From Thermoproteus tenax Kra 1 (GTDB lineage Archaea; Thermoproteota; Thermoprotei; Thermoproteales; Thermoproteaceae), in contig NC_016070.1 in NCBI RefSeq assembly GCF_000253055.1, positions 330,001-362,000 of the forward strand: a DNA stretch of 32,000 nt, written 5' to 3'. A program made the translations under genes and the position numbers. Positions within the stretch are counted from its first letter, which is position 1; every line of letters starts with the position of its first letter. Below the pieces are notes generated by a model, which saw only the letters and a list, made by a program, of their open reading frames with translations, was not told where the DNA came from and made no database searches. This document shows positions 1 to 9,407 of this stretch, one piece after another.

Positions 1-425
1 CCGTAGACTCCTCTGAGGCCCAAGAAGTAGGAGGACTCCCTTATCTCCGCCGCCGTGGGGTTGTGGAGCTGGATCAAGTCGGGGATCCTCCCGAGCCTCT
101 CGACCGACCTCCTCAGAGCAACCTCGACGTACTCTCTGTCGTACCTCCTCCTGGGCCTGCCCCCAGCGTAGAAGTCGTAGCCCACCTTAGTGGCCACCAC
201 TACGCCCTCGGCGCCGGCGAGCAGCTCGCCCAACAGCTGCTCCGCCTTGCCTGAGCCGTAGACGTCGGCTACGTCGAAGAAGTTTATGCCGAGGTCGAGG
301 GCCTTCCCCACCAGCCTCCTCGCCTCGTCTCTCCCCAGTCTGCCGTACATATCTCCGAGCACCCACGCCCCGAAGCCTATCTCGGAGATCCGCAGAGGGC
401 CGTAGGAGCGCGCCTCCACGCTCAT
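1..425 (-). CDS. Aldo/keto reductase family protein (partial, runs off the left edge)
   Basis: Manual minus-strand translation MSVEARSYGPLRISEIGFGAWVLGDMYGRLGRDEARRLVGKALDLGINFFDVADVYGSGKAEQLLGELL...; the INFFDVADVYGSG motif and LIQLHNP are typical of AKRs. The ORF track missed it because it is truncated. Confidence 0.85.
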   Translation of the reverse strand, partial: MSVEARSYGPLRISEIGFGAWVLGDMYGRLGRDEARRLVGKALDLGINFFDVADVYGSGKAEQLLGELLAGAEGVVVATKVGYDFYAGGRPRRRYDREYVEVALRRSVERLGRIPDLIQLHNPTAAEIRESSYFLGLRGVY

Positions 426-469
426 CCCGATTGACGTTAAAAAATAAATAGGCGGGCGGCCTCCCGCTT

Positions 470-1003
470 GTGAGGGCCTTTTTCCCGGGGAGGTTCCAGC
501 CGCCGCACTGGGGCCACGTCAGGGCCATATCGGCAATTCTGCAGGAGGCGGACGAGGTCGTCGTAGGGGTGGGCTCGGCTCAGTTCAACTACCTTCTCAA
601 GGACCCGTTCACAGCCGGCGAGCGTATATGGATGTTGAGGGAGGGCCTCAGAGACGGCGGAGTCGATCTGGCCAGAGTGGTCGTAGTACCCATACCGAAC
701 GTGGAGAACAACCTCGAGTGGCTGGGGAGAGTTAAGTCCTACGCCCCTCCTTTCGACGTAGTATACACGGGCAATCCCTTCGTGGCCCTCCTCTTCCGCG
801 AGGCGGGCGTGCCCGTCAAACAGCAGCCGCTCTTCGACAGAGGGAGGCTCAGCTCCACCAAGGTGAGGGAGCTCCTGTTGAGGGGCGACCCAGGTTGGGA
901 GGAGCTCGTCCCGCCCTCAGTGGCCCGGATCATAAAACAGCTGGGCGGCGCCGAGAGGCTGAGGATAGCGGCGCAGGGCGAGGCGGAGCCCCACAGATGG
1001 TGA
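470..1003 (+). CDS. nadM: Nicotinamide-nucleotide adenylyltransferase (archaeal NadM type)
   Basis: MRAFFPGRFQPPHWGHVRAI nucleotidyltransferase motif (GRFQPPHWGH) and late LSSTKVREL (ISSTxxR-like) motif; 177 aa. Confidence 0.9.
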   Translation: MRAFFPGRFQPPHWGHVRAISAILQEADEVVVGVGSAQFNYLLKDPFTAGERIWMLREGLRDGGVDLARVVVVPIPNVENNLEWLGRVKSYAPPFDVVYTGNPFVALLFREAGVPVKQQPLFDRGRLSSTKVRELLLRGDPGWEELVPPSVARIIKQLGGAERLRIAAQGEAEPHRW

Positions 1004-1117
1004 TCAGCCCATGCTTGTGTCGCCACCGGTCGGCACCGCTATCGTTCTTCACCAAGCCTCTACAACTCGGCGGGTTAAAAGTTTCACGCGCCGCGGGCGC
1101 GCGTCGGGCGAGAGGCC

Positions 1118-2002
1118 GTGGGCTACCTAGGCGAGGTTCTGGCCGCTCAGCTCAGGGCGGCGGGCGTAGAGAGAATACGTCTCCCAAGGCGCTTCAAGTG
1201 CTCTTGGGATCCGGCACAGTGCGCCGCCGTGGAGCTCCTGTTGGGCAGAAGGAGGCTCTGCAGAAGGGGGAACGAGGCCTTTCTGGCCAAGGGCGTATGC
1301 GAGGAGGAGATACGCGTGGCCCTCACGCCTCCGCCGGTCCCGAAGATCTACATAGACTTGGGACTATGGGATGTACACACAGACAGAGAGAAGAACGAGC
1401 TCGTGGAGCAGATAGCGGCCTCGATACACGTGGTGCGCTCCCAGCTCTGGGACGGCAATTTGGCGCTGGCGAGGACGCCCTCCGAGTTTCTGGAGAGGTT
1501 CGGGAGGGCCATGAGGGGGATGCGCCACGCGGTGGCGATATCCCCCGATCCTCCGCCCGCCGGCGCCGTCTTCCTCGACCCAGAGGGGCCCTGTAGAGCC
1601 GACGAGGGGCTTCTGAGGGGGTGGGACAGCTTTGTGGTGGGAGGAGTGGTGGACAAGGAGAGGGTCTATAAGGGGGCCTCCAGGAGGCTGGCCGAGTCCG
1701 CGGGGATCCCGCCGGAGAGGAGGTGCAGGATAGAGCTGAGGGGCTCCACCGTGGGAGTCCCCGACAGAATAAATAAAATCATTGAGATTCTCCTCTCCGT
1801 GAGGTTCCGCGGCCTCTCTCTGGAGGACGCAATTCTGGAGGCGCAGGCGAAGAGGGACAAAGTCTACCGCCTTATGAGGGAGCTACAGCGCCTCGGCCCA
1901 AGAGTGCCCAGAGAGAGGGCGCTGGAGATAGCGGCCTGGCTTAAAGCGGGCGAGGACGTCTTGGAGCTCGCGGCGAGGAAGGCCAGAGTGGAGCTGGTAT
2001 GA
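1118..2002 (+). CDS. Trm10-like SPOUT tRNA (purine-9 N1) methyltransferase
   Basis: 294 aa; IYIDLGLWDVHTDREKNELVEQIAASIHVVR and SFVVGGVVDKERVYKGASRRLAE resemble archaeal Trm10 SPOUT domains. Confidence 0.7.
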   Translation: MGYLGEVLAAQLRAAGVERIRLPRRFKCSWDPAQCAAVELLLGRRRLCRRGNEAFLAKGVCEEEIRVALTPPPVPKIYIDLGLWDVHTDREKNELVEQIAASIHVVRSQLWDGNLALARTPSEFLERFGRAMRGMRHAVAISPDPPPAGAVFLDPEGPCRADEGLLRGWDSFVVGGVVDKERVYKGASRRLAESAGIPPERRCRIELRGSTVGVPDRINKIIEILLSVRFRGLSLEDAILEAQAKRDKVYRLMRELQRLGPRVPRERALEIAAWLKAGEDVLELAARKARVELV

Positions 2003-2436
2003 CCTCCTGGGGCAGAGGCCTCCCGCTGGAGCCTGCGGCGATCACCGAGGTGGTGAGGAGGGGGGAGCCGATCCTTGCGTTGATCCACTACGAGGTAGTG
2101 GAGATCGGGGACGGCAATGCCTGCGCCGTCTTTCAACATACTCCCTACGCAGTGAGGATCGGCGGAGTGCTACACGGGGGCGTCATCGCCGCGGCGCTCG
2201 ACGAGACCCTCGGCGTGGCGGTCCTCACAGTGAACCACGGCGCCGATCAAGTCACTGTGGAGCTCAAGATAAACTATCTGGAGCCCGGGAGGGTTGGGCC
2301 CTACAGAGTGTGCGGGCAAGTCGTGAGGAGGGGCTCCAGAATCGTCGTAGCCGAGGGGGAGGTGAGGGACGCAAACGGCGTCGTGATCGCCAAGGCCCTC
2401 GGCACCTGGTACATACTCTCTAAGGCGATCTCGTGA
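1999..2436 (+). CDS. PaaI-family hotdog thioesterase
   Basis: IGGVLHGGVIAAALDETLGVAVLTVN (HGG...DE hotdog motif); start overlaps the upstream stop (ATGA). Confidence 0.85.
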   Translation: MTSWGRGLPLEPAAITEVVRRGEPILALIHYEVVEIGDGNACAVFQHTPYAVRIGGVLHGGVIAAALDETLGVAVLTVNHGADQVTVELKINYLEPGRVGPYRVCGQVVRRGSRIVVAEGEVRDANGVVIAKALGTWYILSKAIS

Positions 2437-2981
2437 GGCCGACGCTGGTATTGCTCGCGCTGACGGCGGCAGGCTTTATTGCAGGCGCCGTCTTGGCCGT
2501 AGTGGATCCCCGCCTGTTGATACTCCTCATGTTGAACAACGAGGCCGTGTTGAAGGGAGCCTACTACGAGCTTTTGACCTCTGTCTTCGTAACGCCGTCT
2601 TTCACAGACTTCGCACTGAACGCCATAGCCCTCTATGTGCTGTACCGCATCTACAACTCAGAGGCCGGCCCAGTGGAGTACGTAGCCTTCTTCGCGGCCG
2701 CCCTCGCGGGGAACTTCGCCACTGTGGCCGTCCTGCCCCCGAGGACTCTATCGGCGGGAGCGTCGGGAGGCATATTCGGGCTTTTCTCGTACTACGTCGT
2801 GGCCGATATGATGAAGTCCCGCCAAGTCAACTGGGTCGGTCCCGCCTTCTTGGGAGCGCTATTTTTGAGTTCGGCCATCTTGCCCCAAGTCAACTGGGTC
2901 GCCCATCTGGGCGGCATCCTCGGCGGAAGCGCCGTGGCGCTCGCAGAGCGCGCGCTGGCGGGGGGCCGCAAGTCTAATTAG
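2433..2981 (+). CDS. Rhomboid-family intramembrane serine protease
   Basis: Multiple TM segments; TLSAGASGGIFGLFSYY (GxSG catalytic serine) and VNWVAHLGGILGGSAVAL (catalytic His helix). Confidence 0.88.
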   Translation: MRPTLVLLALTAAGFIAGAVLAVVDPRLLILLMLNNEAVLKGAYYELLTSVFVTPSFTDFALNAIALYVLYRIYNSEAGPVEYVAFFAAALAGNFATVAVLPPRTLSAGASGGIFGLFSYYVVADMMKSRQVNWVGPAFLGALFLSSAILPQVNWVAHLGGILGGSAVALAERALAGGRKSN

Positions 2982-3045
2982 ATTTGTTCAAAATTAGCTC
3001 GATTATCTATACATAAAATTTAAATATAATTTTAATTCTGCCACT

Positions 3046-3987
3046 ATGAAGGCGAAAATAATTGCCCCAATACTGGCAATATTGGTGTTGATGGCGTTGT
3101 TTATGCACCAGTCTGCGCCTCCGGCATTCCCGCCGGTTAGGCCGCCCCACGGCCTACAAGTCACGCTCCCGCCCTCTTGGTACAGCGGCGACAACGCGCC
3201 AGTGGGGATAACAGACTATGGCGTATATCAGAACGTGCCCTACTCGTACTCCACAAACGAGTTCATGGGCAATTTCACCATCTACTCGGCCTACTTTGAC
3301 TCAAACAGCTCCTCTTATCCCCACAGCTTCTCCATACAGCTCAACGTCGTGTTGAACTACACGTCGGGCGGAACGCCGAGGTACCTCTGGGTCCAGGACG
3401 TGGCCGTCATAAACACGGCTACAAACCAGCTCACGATTGTGGACAACATCTGGAATATAACTACGAGCAACGCCCAGCTCAATAGAAAGCTTATCAGCGG
3501 CAACGGCAAAGTCTACACATATAAAGGCTATACGTATTACGCCTACCAATACCCCTACGCGATCACCTATAGCTATCCACTCTCGGTCTCGCTGTTTGTG
3601 ACAGTCCAGTTGGTGAGAGGATACCCTGTGGTCAACTTCTACTTCGTCTACGGAGGGAAGGTGGTCCAGTACGACTCTGTGACTATAAAGGTGCCCTCCA
3701 CCAGCGCCTCCTACACAGTCGAGGGATACTCGCTTCTGCCCAGCGGCCTCTACGACGACGCAGAGCTTGTGACAGGCGGGCCGGGCGGCGGGACCAGCGC
3801 CATGCCTCTGACGTATAACGCCACCTACACGTTGCAGTATCTCTCGAGCGGCAGACTCGTCTCAGTGCCGCACGCGTACGACTATGGCGCAGACACCGCC
3901 GAGACTGTGTACAAGACCTCTGACGCTGGAGCCAACTACGCCGCCTATCTGGGAGTGGGCACCGAGTACTTCCACAACCTCTGGTGA
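3046..3987 (+). CDS. Thermopsin-like (peptidase family A5) secreted protein
   Basis: N-terminal hydrophobic signal/anchor; VGITDYGVYQ..YSYSTNEFMGNFTIYSA..SFSIQLNVVLNYTSGGTPRYLWVQDVAVINTATNQLTIVDNIWN pattern resembles thermopsins; Tyr/Ser/Thr/Asn-rich. Confidence 0.7.
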   Translation: MKAKIIAPILAILVLMALFMHQSAPPAFPPVRPPHGLQVTLPPSWYSGDNAPVGITDYGVYQNVPYSYSTNEFMGNFTIYSAYFDSNSSSYPHSFSIQLNVVLNYTSGGTPRYLWVQDVAVINTATNQLTIVDNIWNITTSNAQLNRKLISGNGKVYTYKGYTYYAYQYPYAITYSYPLSVSLFVTVQLVRGYPVVNFYFVYGGKVVQYDSVTIKVPSTSASYTVEGYSLLPSGLYDDAELVTGGPGGGTSAMPLTYNATYTLQYLSSGRLVSVPHAYDYGADTAETVYKTSDAGANYAAYLGVGTEYFHNLW

Positions 3988-4162
3988 GGCCTAACTCGAA
4001 CCCTTTTTCCCGGCGCGTAGATTGAAACAATGTTGAATATTTGTTGTTCAACAATATTTTCTTAGCCTATTTTCAAGAGAATAGAAATATATATTTATAA
4101 TATAATACATTAATTTAATTTCAAAAATTATCACTTTAGTAAAACTTAAAAATACCTTAAAA

Positions 4163-4972
4163 TTGTATGATATGTTGCTCCAAATAGGTCTACAAGAGGC
4201 GCTGACGTCGCTGGAAATTCAATTAGTAAACGCCATCCCATCGATAATTCTGTTCGCAGTCATAGTCTTGATCGGCTACGCCGTTGCGGTCATAGTCTCA
4301 GACATCATCCGCGCCGTGTTGAAACATCTGTTCAAAGGGGAGCACATCAGCGTGAACCTCATCGCCGGCGCAGTCAAGGCTTTCATAATATTGGTCGCGC
4401 TGTCCATAGCATTCTCAGTCCTCAACCTGGGTCCGGCGTTCAGCTACGTCTCGTTCATAGCCAACTATCTGCCCTATCTGGCCGGTGCCATCGTGCTCAT
4501 TACTCTCGGAATACCGATGATCAACATACTCGTGGACTATATGGCGAAGCAGATGCCGCAGGATCAGTTCCTCAGCGTTGTGCTAGGCGTCCTCCGCTTC
4601 GGCCTCTACGCAGTGATAATAACCATCGCGGCCACCCTCGCCATATTCAAGTGGGTTCCTCTATCGCCCTACATCTTTTACGATATAATTATGGCGTCCA
4701 TAGTCCTGTTGTTCAGCTTCGCCATCACCGACAAGGCGATTGAGGCCATCGCCAAATCGCACCCAGACGAGAAGTATATAACCGTCTACGGCAGATTCGT
4801 CCTCTACGCCGTGTTCATACTGATAGTCGTAGGCATAATCACGCAGCCGATGGGCAACGTCACAGCCATAATACAGACGCTGGCCTGGGGCCTCGCCATA
4901 GCCTTCGCCCTGCTGTTGGTGCCGTTGGCCTACGCCTTCGCCAAAAAGATAGCGGCCGAGGTCTCGAAATAA
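4163..4972 (+). CDS. Multi-pass membrane protein, mechanosensitive-channel-like conserved TM helix repeats
   Basis: Repeated hydrophobic helices (IPSIILFAVIVLIGYAVAVIVSDIIRAVLKHLF; LPYLAGAIVLITLGIPMINILVDYM; VYGRFVLYAVFILIVVGIITQPMG). Confidence 0.55.
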   Translation: MYDMLLQIGLQEALTSLEIQLVNAIPSIILFAVIVLIGYAVAVIVSDIIRAVLKHLFKGEHISVNLIAGAVKAFIILVALSIAFSVLNLGPAFSYVSFIANYLPYLAGAIVLITLGIPMINILVDYMAKQMPQDQFLSVVLGVLRFGLYAVIITIAATLAIFKWVPLSPYIFYDIIMASIVLLFSFAITDKAIEAIAKSHPDEKYITVYGRFVLYAVFILIVVGIITQPMGNVTAIIQTLAWGLAIAFALLLVPLAYAFAKKIAAEVSK

Positions 4973-4979
4973 TCCTCTT

Positions 4980-6368
4980 TTATTTCGCCAACGCCGCCCC
5001 ATCCCCCCTCAGGTCCGAGGCGGCGCCCACCCTTTTTCCCTCCCTCACTGCGGCGGCAGCCACGCCCATCCTCGAGGGATAGTCGACTATGTGGACTCCG
5101 GGGCCCTCCTCGAACCCCCGCTCGGCCTCGGCCCTCCATCCCTCGACCCATATGAACCTCGGCGCCCAGACGGCCCTCCTCAGCTCCATACCGTAGTAGA
5201 GCAAGTTCTGGATCAGCTGAGCATAGATCACAGGCCTATAGTGCCCCGCGCTGGCGCCCAGCGCGACTGCCCGGTCCCCCCTAAGCGCAATCACCGCCGA
5301 GAGCGTGTGCGCCGGCCTCCTGCGGGGCCCGGGCTTGTTCGGCCCATCGGTGAAGTCGCTGGCTCTGTTGTTTAAAACAACTCCGTTCCTCTCGACGTAC
5401 CTTGAGCCGAAGGCGTAGTAGAGGCTCTGTATAGCCGAGATAGTCATCTCCCTCCCGGCCACTGCGAAGTAGGTGGTGCCCGGCGTCGGCGTAGGCCTCT
5501 CCGACTCGCTCAACTGGATCCTCCCCTCGAGCAACTCCCTCCAGGGTATTTCGCAGTCGCCTAGATATTTGTCTCTGGCCCAGTGGGCCCTCCTCGCCGC
5601 CGACAAGATCGATTTAATCCGGGCGTACGAGAGGGGAGGGGGCCTCGGAGGTTGGTCCGCCAGCTTTAACGTCAGAAGGACTGCGAAGCCCAGAGACGGA
5701 GGAGGCGCCTCGTAGAGGGTCCACCCCTCGTGCTCCACTGCGAGCGGCTCCCTTACCTCTGCCCTATACTGGAGGAAGTCCTCGGGCGCGAAGAGCTCGC
5801 CGGAAAGCGATGCGGCAAGGGCTCGGTAAAGGGCGTCTGGCCCCTCGTCTGCAATGGAGCGGTATAGGGAGAGGAGGGGGGCCACTGTATATCTTTCGCC
5901 AGGCGCCCTGGGGATAGAGCGGTAAAGCGAGCTCCCAGGCCCCTCCAGCTCCGCGCGCTCTAGAGCCTCGGCGAGCGATGGATGGACGACGGCCTCCCGC
6001 TCCAAAAAGTCGGCCACAGTCCTCACCACTTTCCCCCAATCGAGCGAGCCGTACCGCCTGTGCAGCTCCCAGAGCCCCCTCGCCATACCGGGCACTACAG
6101 CCGAGGCGAGGCCGAACCTAGGCGGCCTCTCCCCTATCCCGCTCGGCGCCCATCCCAGGCCCATCACGGCCTCCACTTTGCCTCCCCTTTCCACTAAGGC
6201 GAGGAAGTCTCCGCCGAGGCCGTTTAGGTGGGGCAGAAGGTAGGCGAGCGCTAGGGAGACTGCGAGGGCTACGTCGGCCTCGTTGCCTCCCAGCTCGGCT
6301 ATCTTCATACCGAGGTAGGTCGCTTGATAGCTCTCTGAGGCGACCGCTATCTTGCTCCCCCAGCTCAT
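4980..6368 (-). CDS. ggt: Gamma-glutamyltransferase (Ntn-hydrolase)
   Basis: [58 protein letters not shown]...; [12 protein letters not shown] around the expected Thr nucleophile; [23 protein letters not shown]. The ORF-track start at 6521 is replaced by ATG at 6368. Confidence 0.85.
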   Translation of the reverse strand: MSWGSKIAVASESYQATYLGMKIAELGGNEADVALAVSLALAYLLPHLNGLGGDFLALVERGGKVEAVMGLGWAPSGIGERPPRFGLASAVVPGMARGLWELHRRYGSLDWGKVVRTVADFLEREAVVHPSLAEALERAELEGPGSSLYRSIPRAPGERYTVAPLLSLYRSIADEGPDALYRALAASLSGELFAPEDFLQYRAEVREPLAVEHEGWTLYEAPPPSLGFAVLLTLKLADQPPRPPPLSYARIKSILSAARRAHWARDKYLGDCEIPWRELLEGRIQLSESERPTPTPGTTYFAVAGREMTISAIQSLYYAFGSRYVERNGVVLNNRASDFTDGPNKPGPRRRPAHTLSAVIALRGDRAVALGASAGHYRPVIYAQLIQNLLYYGMELRRAVWAPRFIWVEGWRAEAERGFEEGPGVHIVDYPSRMGVAAAAVREGKRVGAASDLRGDGAALAK

Positions 6369-7366
6369 AGCGTCTTGAGCCCGCTCCCCGTCAGAACCAC
6401 AATCCCCTTTCCGCCCCTTTTCCACATGCCGGCCAGGGCCGCGGCCGAGGAGGGCTCGACCAGAAGCCCCCTCTTGGCCAACCACTTCCAAGCCTCCCCT
6501 ATCTCGGCGTCCTTTACCCACACGCAGTCTCCGTGGCGCCTTATAATCTCAGCCATCTCGGGCAGAAGGGGCGGATTGGTGGAGACTATTGCGTCGGCCA
6601 CTGAGGTGACGCGCTTGGGCGGCGCGTAGGGCTCGCCCTTTACTGCGGCGCAGAGGGGTCTCACCTGCTCTGTCTGTACAGCTATAAGCCTGGGCATCTC
6701 CTGGATGACGCCGGAGTCTAAAAGGTGTTTGAAGCCGTAGTAGACGCCCAGGAGGAGGGTGCCCGCCGAGGTGGGGAGATAGATCTCCTGTCCCTGGGCC
6801 TCTTTACCGAGCTCGTAGGCCAGAGTCCTTATCCCGTCTCTGAACTCGGGCCTCCAGATGTGTGAGGCGTAGTAGGCGCCCGACCTCTCGGCGGCCCTCG
6901 AGACCTCCTCCCTAGAGCCTCTGACCTTGATCACCTTCGCGCCGTAGGCCTCTATCTGCCTCAGTTTGCCGCCCCTTGCTCTCGCGGGTACGTAGACCTC
7001 GACCTCCATTCCGGCAAGGGCGCCGTAGGCCGCTATGGAGGCCCCGGCGTTGCCAGAGGAGTCCTCTGCTATCCTCTTTACTCCCCTTTCCGCCAGCCAG
7101 GAGATCAACGTTGCAGAGCCTCTGTCCTTGAAGCTGCCGGTGGGGTTCAGGAACTCCAGCTTGAACTTCACGCCCTCCAGCTCCACGAGGGGGGTGTTGC
7201 CCTCGCCCAAGCTTATCCACCTCCTTATATAGGGGAAGTTCTCCCTTGCTCTCTCGCGGTAGGGGAACTGGGGCTCTATTATGAAGGGGCCGCCGCACCT
7301 AGGGCACCTCAGCTCGTCCCCCCTCCTCTCCGTCCCGCATCTGGCGCATTTAACTACGACCTCCAT
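6365..7366 (-). CDS. thrC: Threonine synthase (PLP-dependent)
   Basis: N-terminal zinc-finger-like [65 protein letters not shown]. Confidence 0.9.
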   Translation of the reverse strand: MEVVVKCARCGTERRGDELRCPRCGGPFIIEPQFPYRERARENFPYIRRWISLGEGNTPLVELEGVKFKLEFLNPTGSFKDRGSATLISWLAERGVKRIAEDSSGNAGASIAAYGALAGMEVEVYVPARARGGKLRQIEAYGAKVIKVRGSREEVSRAAERSGAYYASHIWRPEFRDGIRTLAYELGKEAQGQEIYLPTSAGTLLLGVYYGFKHLLDSGVIQEMPRLIAVQTEQVRPLCAAVKGEPYAPPKRVTSVADAIVSTNPPLLPEMAEIIRRHGDCVWVKDAEIGEAWKWLAKRGLLVEPSSAAALAGMWKRGGKGIVVLTGSGLKTL

Positions 7367-7772
7367 CGCCCATCACAACGACGGTTATCCTCCTCAGGCG
7401 GGGGCCGTCGAACTCCGCCAAGAACAGCTCCTGCCAAGTACCCCTTACCAGTCTGCCCCCCTTTACCGGAAAGATGTAGTGTTGCTTTAACAGCGCCGAG
7501 AGGAGGTGGGCGTCGCCGTTGTCGTCGATCTTGTTGTGCTCGTAGCGCCCGTCCTGGGGGACGAGCCTCTCGAACAGCGCCATGTAGTCCCTACGGAGGT
7601 TCGGCTCGTCCTCGTTGGCGAACAGAGCGGCGGTCGCGTGTGCCACAAAGGCCAGAGCTATACCGTCCGACACGCCCGACTCCCGGACTGCGTCCTCCAC
7701 CAGGCTGGTAATGTTGACGAGGTCTCTACGCGATTTGGTCGAGACCGAGAGCTCCTTTACGTAGACCCGCAT
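7350..7772 (-). CDS. YjbQ/UPF0047 family protein (secondary thiamine-phosphate synthase-like)
   Basis: 140 aa; [27 protein letters not shown] and [40 protein letters not shown] are family-typical. Confidence 0.88.
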   Translation of the reverse strand: MRVYVKELSVSTKSRRDLVNITSLVEDAVRESGVSDGIALAFVAHATAALFANEDEPNLRRDYMALFERLVPQDGRYEHNKIDDNGDAHLLSALLKQHYIFPVKGGRLVRGTWQELFLAEFDGPRLRRITVVVMGDGGRS

Positions 7773-7854
7773 TTAGATGTCTGGGCACAGCTTTAAATAC
7801 GTGGGCCCCGTGCGTCCGCCGGAAAGGCATTTAAAGGCGGGTCTCCCTCCATCT

Positions 7855-8805
7855 ATGAGGGGCAAGCTCGCCCTAGCCGCCGGAGCGATCGCCATAGCTT
7901 TTCTCGCGCTCTATTTCGCCCGCCCCGGCGCGACCTCAAACGCGACTACTGCTACAGAGGGCGCAACGGCGACCTCCACAGAGGGCTCGGGGTACAGCTT
8001 GATCCCGGAGGGCTTGCCCCCGGCGGCGGCCGCCGCAGAGAACGTACGCGAGATGATGGCCAGAGCCGCGGTCGGGCCTGTCTTCATAGCCCCCTACCCC
8101 TGGAACGCAAAGGAGTGGACCGGCGTGGTGCAGGTCGCCTACGACGGCCGGGAGGTGACCGCCTCAGTGAACATGAGCTACACAGCTAAGTTCAACCCCT
8201 ACGCCCCCGTGTTGGGCTATCCCTCGGTTCGGTACGGCTGCGACCCTCTCTTCTACTACTGCAGCGGGAGGGCACAGCCTCTGGAGCTGCCCGAGCCGGC
8301 CTCCAAGGCAGGCGGGGTTCTGGTTCTGTCCTACAGCGTCAGCCCGGGAGACTGCAATGTGACCGACTTCTCCTACGACATATGGTTCAACAGAGGCGGG
8401 TTCAGACTCGGCGCAGGCGACCTAGAGCTGATGCTCTGGCTGTACTACAACGTTGACCCCTCTGCGTCTCTGCCGGCCCCGTACTGGCGCTATCTGGGCG
8501 AGAGGCGGCTGAGGATAGCGGTGGACGGCGCGTGGCAGACGGCGGAGGCCTCGGCCTACGTCCATCTGAGCCAAGGGAGCTGGTCTGTGCTCGTCTTCGT
8601 CCTGCGGAGGCCTGTGCGGTCGGGCACCGTCGCCGTAGATCTGGGCCAGCTGGTGCGGGCGGCGCAGGAAACGCTCAACGGTACACCGATAGATCTGGAG
8701 CGCCTAAACCTCACCTCGATAGACGTCGGCATGGAGTTCGACGGCCCGCCGGGCGTTCGGCTGACCTGCTCCTACGCCATATACGGCTGGTCGGCGGAGC
8801 CATGA
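7855..8805 (+). CDS. Secreted glycoside hydrolase family 12-like (endoglucanase) protein
   Basis: N-terminal hydrophobic segment MRGKLALAAGAIAIAFLALYF then Thr/Ser-rich linker; FSYDIWFN, GDLELMLWLYY (GH12 nucleophile Glu motif) and LTSIDVGMEFDGPPG (expected acid/base Glu). TATA-like catTTAAAg about 24 nt upstream of ATG 7855 supports a leaderless start there rather than at 7777. Confidence 0.8.
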   Translation: MRGKLALAAGAIAIAFLALYFARPGATSNATTATEGATATSTEGSGYSLIPEGLPPAAAAAENVREMMARAAVGPVFIAPYPWNAKEWTGVVQVAYDGREVTASVNMSYTAKFNPYAPVLGYPSVRYGCDPLFYYCSGRAQPLELPEPASKAGGVLVLSYSVSPGDCNVTDFSYDIWFNRGGFRLGAGDLELMLWLYYNVDPSASLPAPYWRYLGERRLRIAVDGAWQTAEASAYVHLSQGSWSVLVFVLRRPVRSGTVAVDLGQLVRAAQETLNGTPIDLERLNLTSIDVGMEFDGPPGVRLTCSYAIYGWSAEP

Positions 8806-9377
8806 ACGCGCGTCTGGTGGGCGCGGCCCTAATAGCCGACGCCCTTCTGATAGCGCTGGAGTACGCCGCAGTTCCTGCGGTAGCGCACCTGCCCACCTAC
8901 GCGCTGGATCTGCTCAGATCTCTGTTCGCGCTGGCCGTAGTAACGCTGGACATAATAATGGCTGTCGGCGCCTTGATCGGCGAGGCCTCTGTGCCAACGG
9001 CTCTGGGCGCCGTGCTTCTGTCTATATCTGGCCTGTTCGTCATAGAGATCTCCTCTCTGTCCCGCCTCCTGCCGCCCGGCGCCTCGCCCTCTCTACCCCT
9101 CGCCGCCATAGCCTTAAACTCCGTTCTCGTCCTGGTTGGCTGGGCCCTGGTCGCCCTAGGGCTCACCCTGTGGTACAGAAGGCTTGTGCCGGCCTTGTTC
9201 GGCCTATTGATGGTGACCGGCGTCGCACTTACGTCGCTCGAGCTCTTGGCCTTCGTAGCGAGGCCCACCTCATCGGTCCTTTCGACCATAGGACGGATCC
9301 AGACCGTCGCCCTCGCCGTTATGGCCGTCGGGAGGGCCGGCCTGGGGATCTATACATATCTCAACCCAAGGCGCTGA
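8802..9377 (+). CDS. Hypothetical multi-pass membrane protein
   Basis: MNARLVGAALIADALLIALEYAAVPAV...; ATG overlaps the preceding TGA (ATGA). Several TM helices. Confidence 0.75.
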   Translation: MNARLVGAALIADALLIALEYAAVPAVAHLPTYALDLLRSLFALAVVTLDIIMAVGALIGEASVPTALGAVLLSISGLFVIEISSLSRLLPPGASPSLPLAAIALNSVLVLVGWALVALGLTLWYRRLVPALFGLLMVTGVALTSLELLAFVARPTSSVLSTIGRIQTVALAVMAVGRAGLGIYTYLNPRR

Positions 9378-9407
9378 ACCGTTTTATCCGTCAGCGTCCG
9401 CGCTCCT

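Noticed and set aside
6369-6521. N-terminal extension [15 protein letters not shown]... of the gamma-glutamyltransferase ORF
   Set aside because: It overlaps the threonine synthase C-terminus and is not family-like; ATG at 6368 directly precedes the conserved region.
8532-8801. N-terminal extension of the membrane-protein ORF 8532-9377
   Set aside because: It overlaps the GH12-like gene in another frame with Arg-rich composition; ATG at 8802 overlaps the upstream stop.
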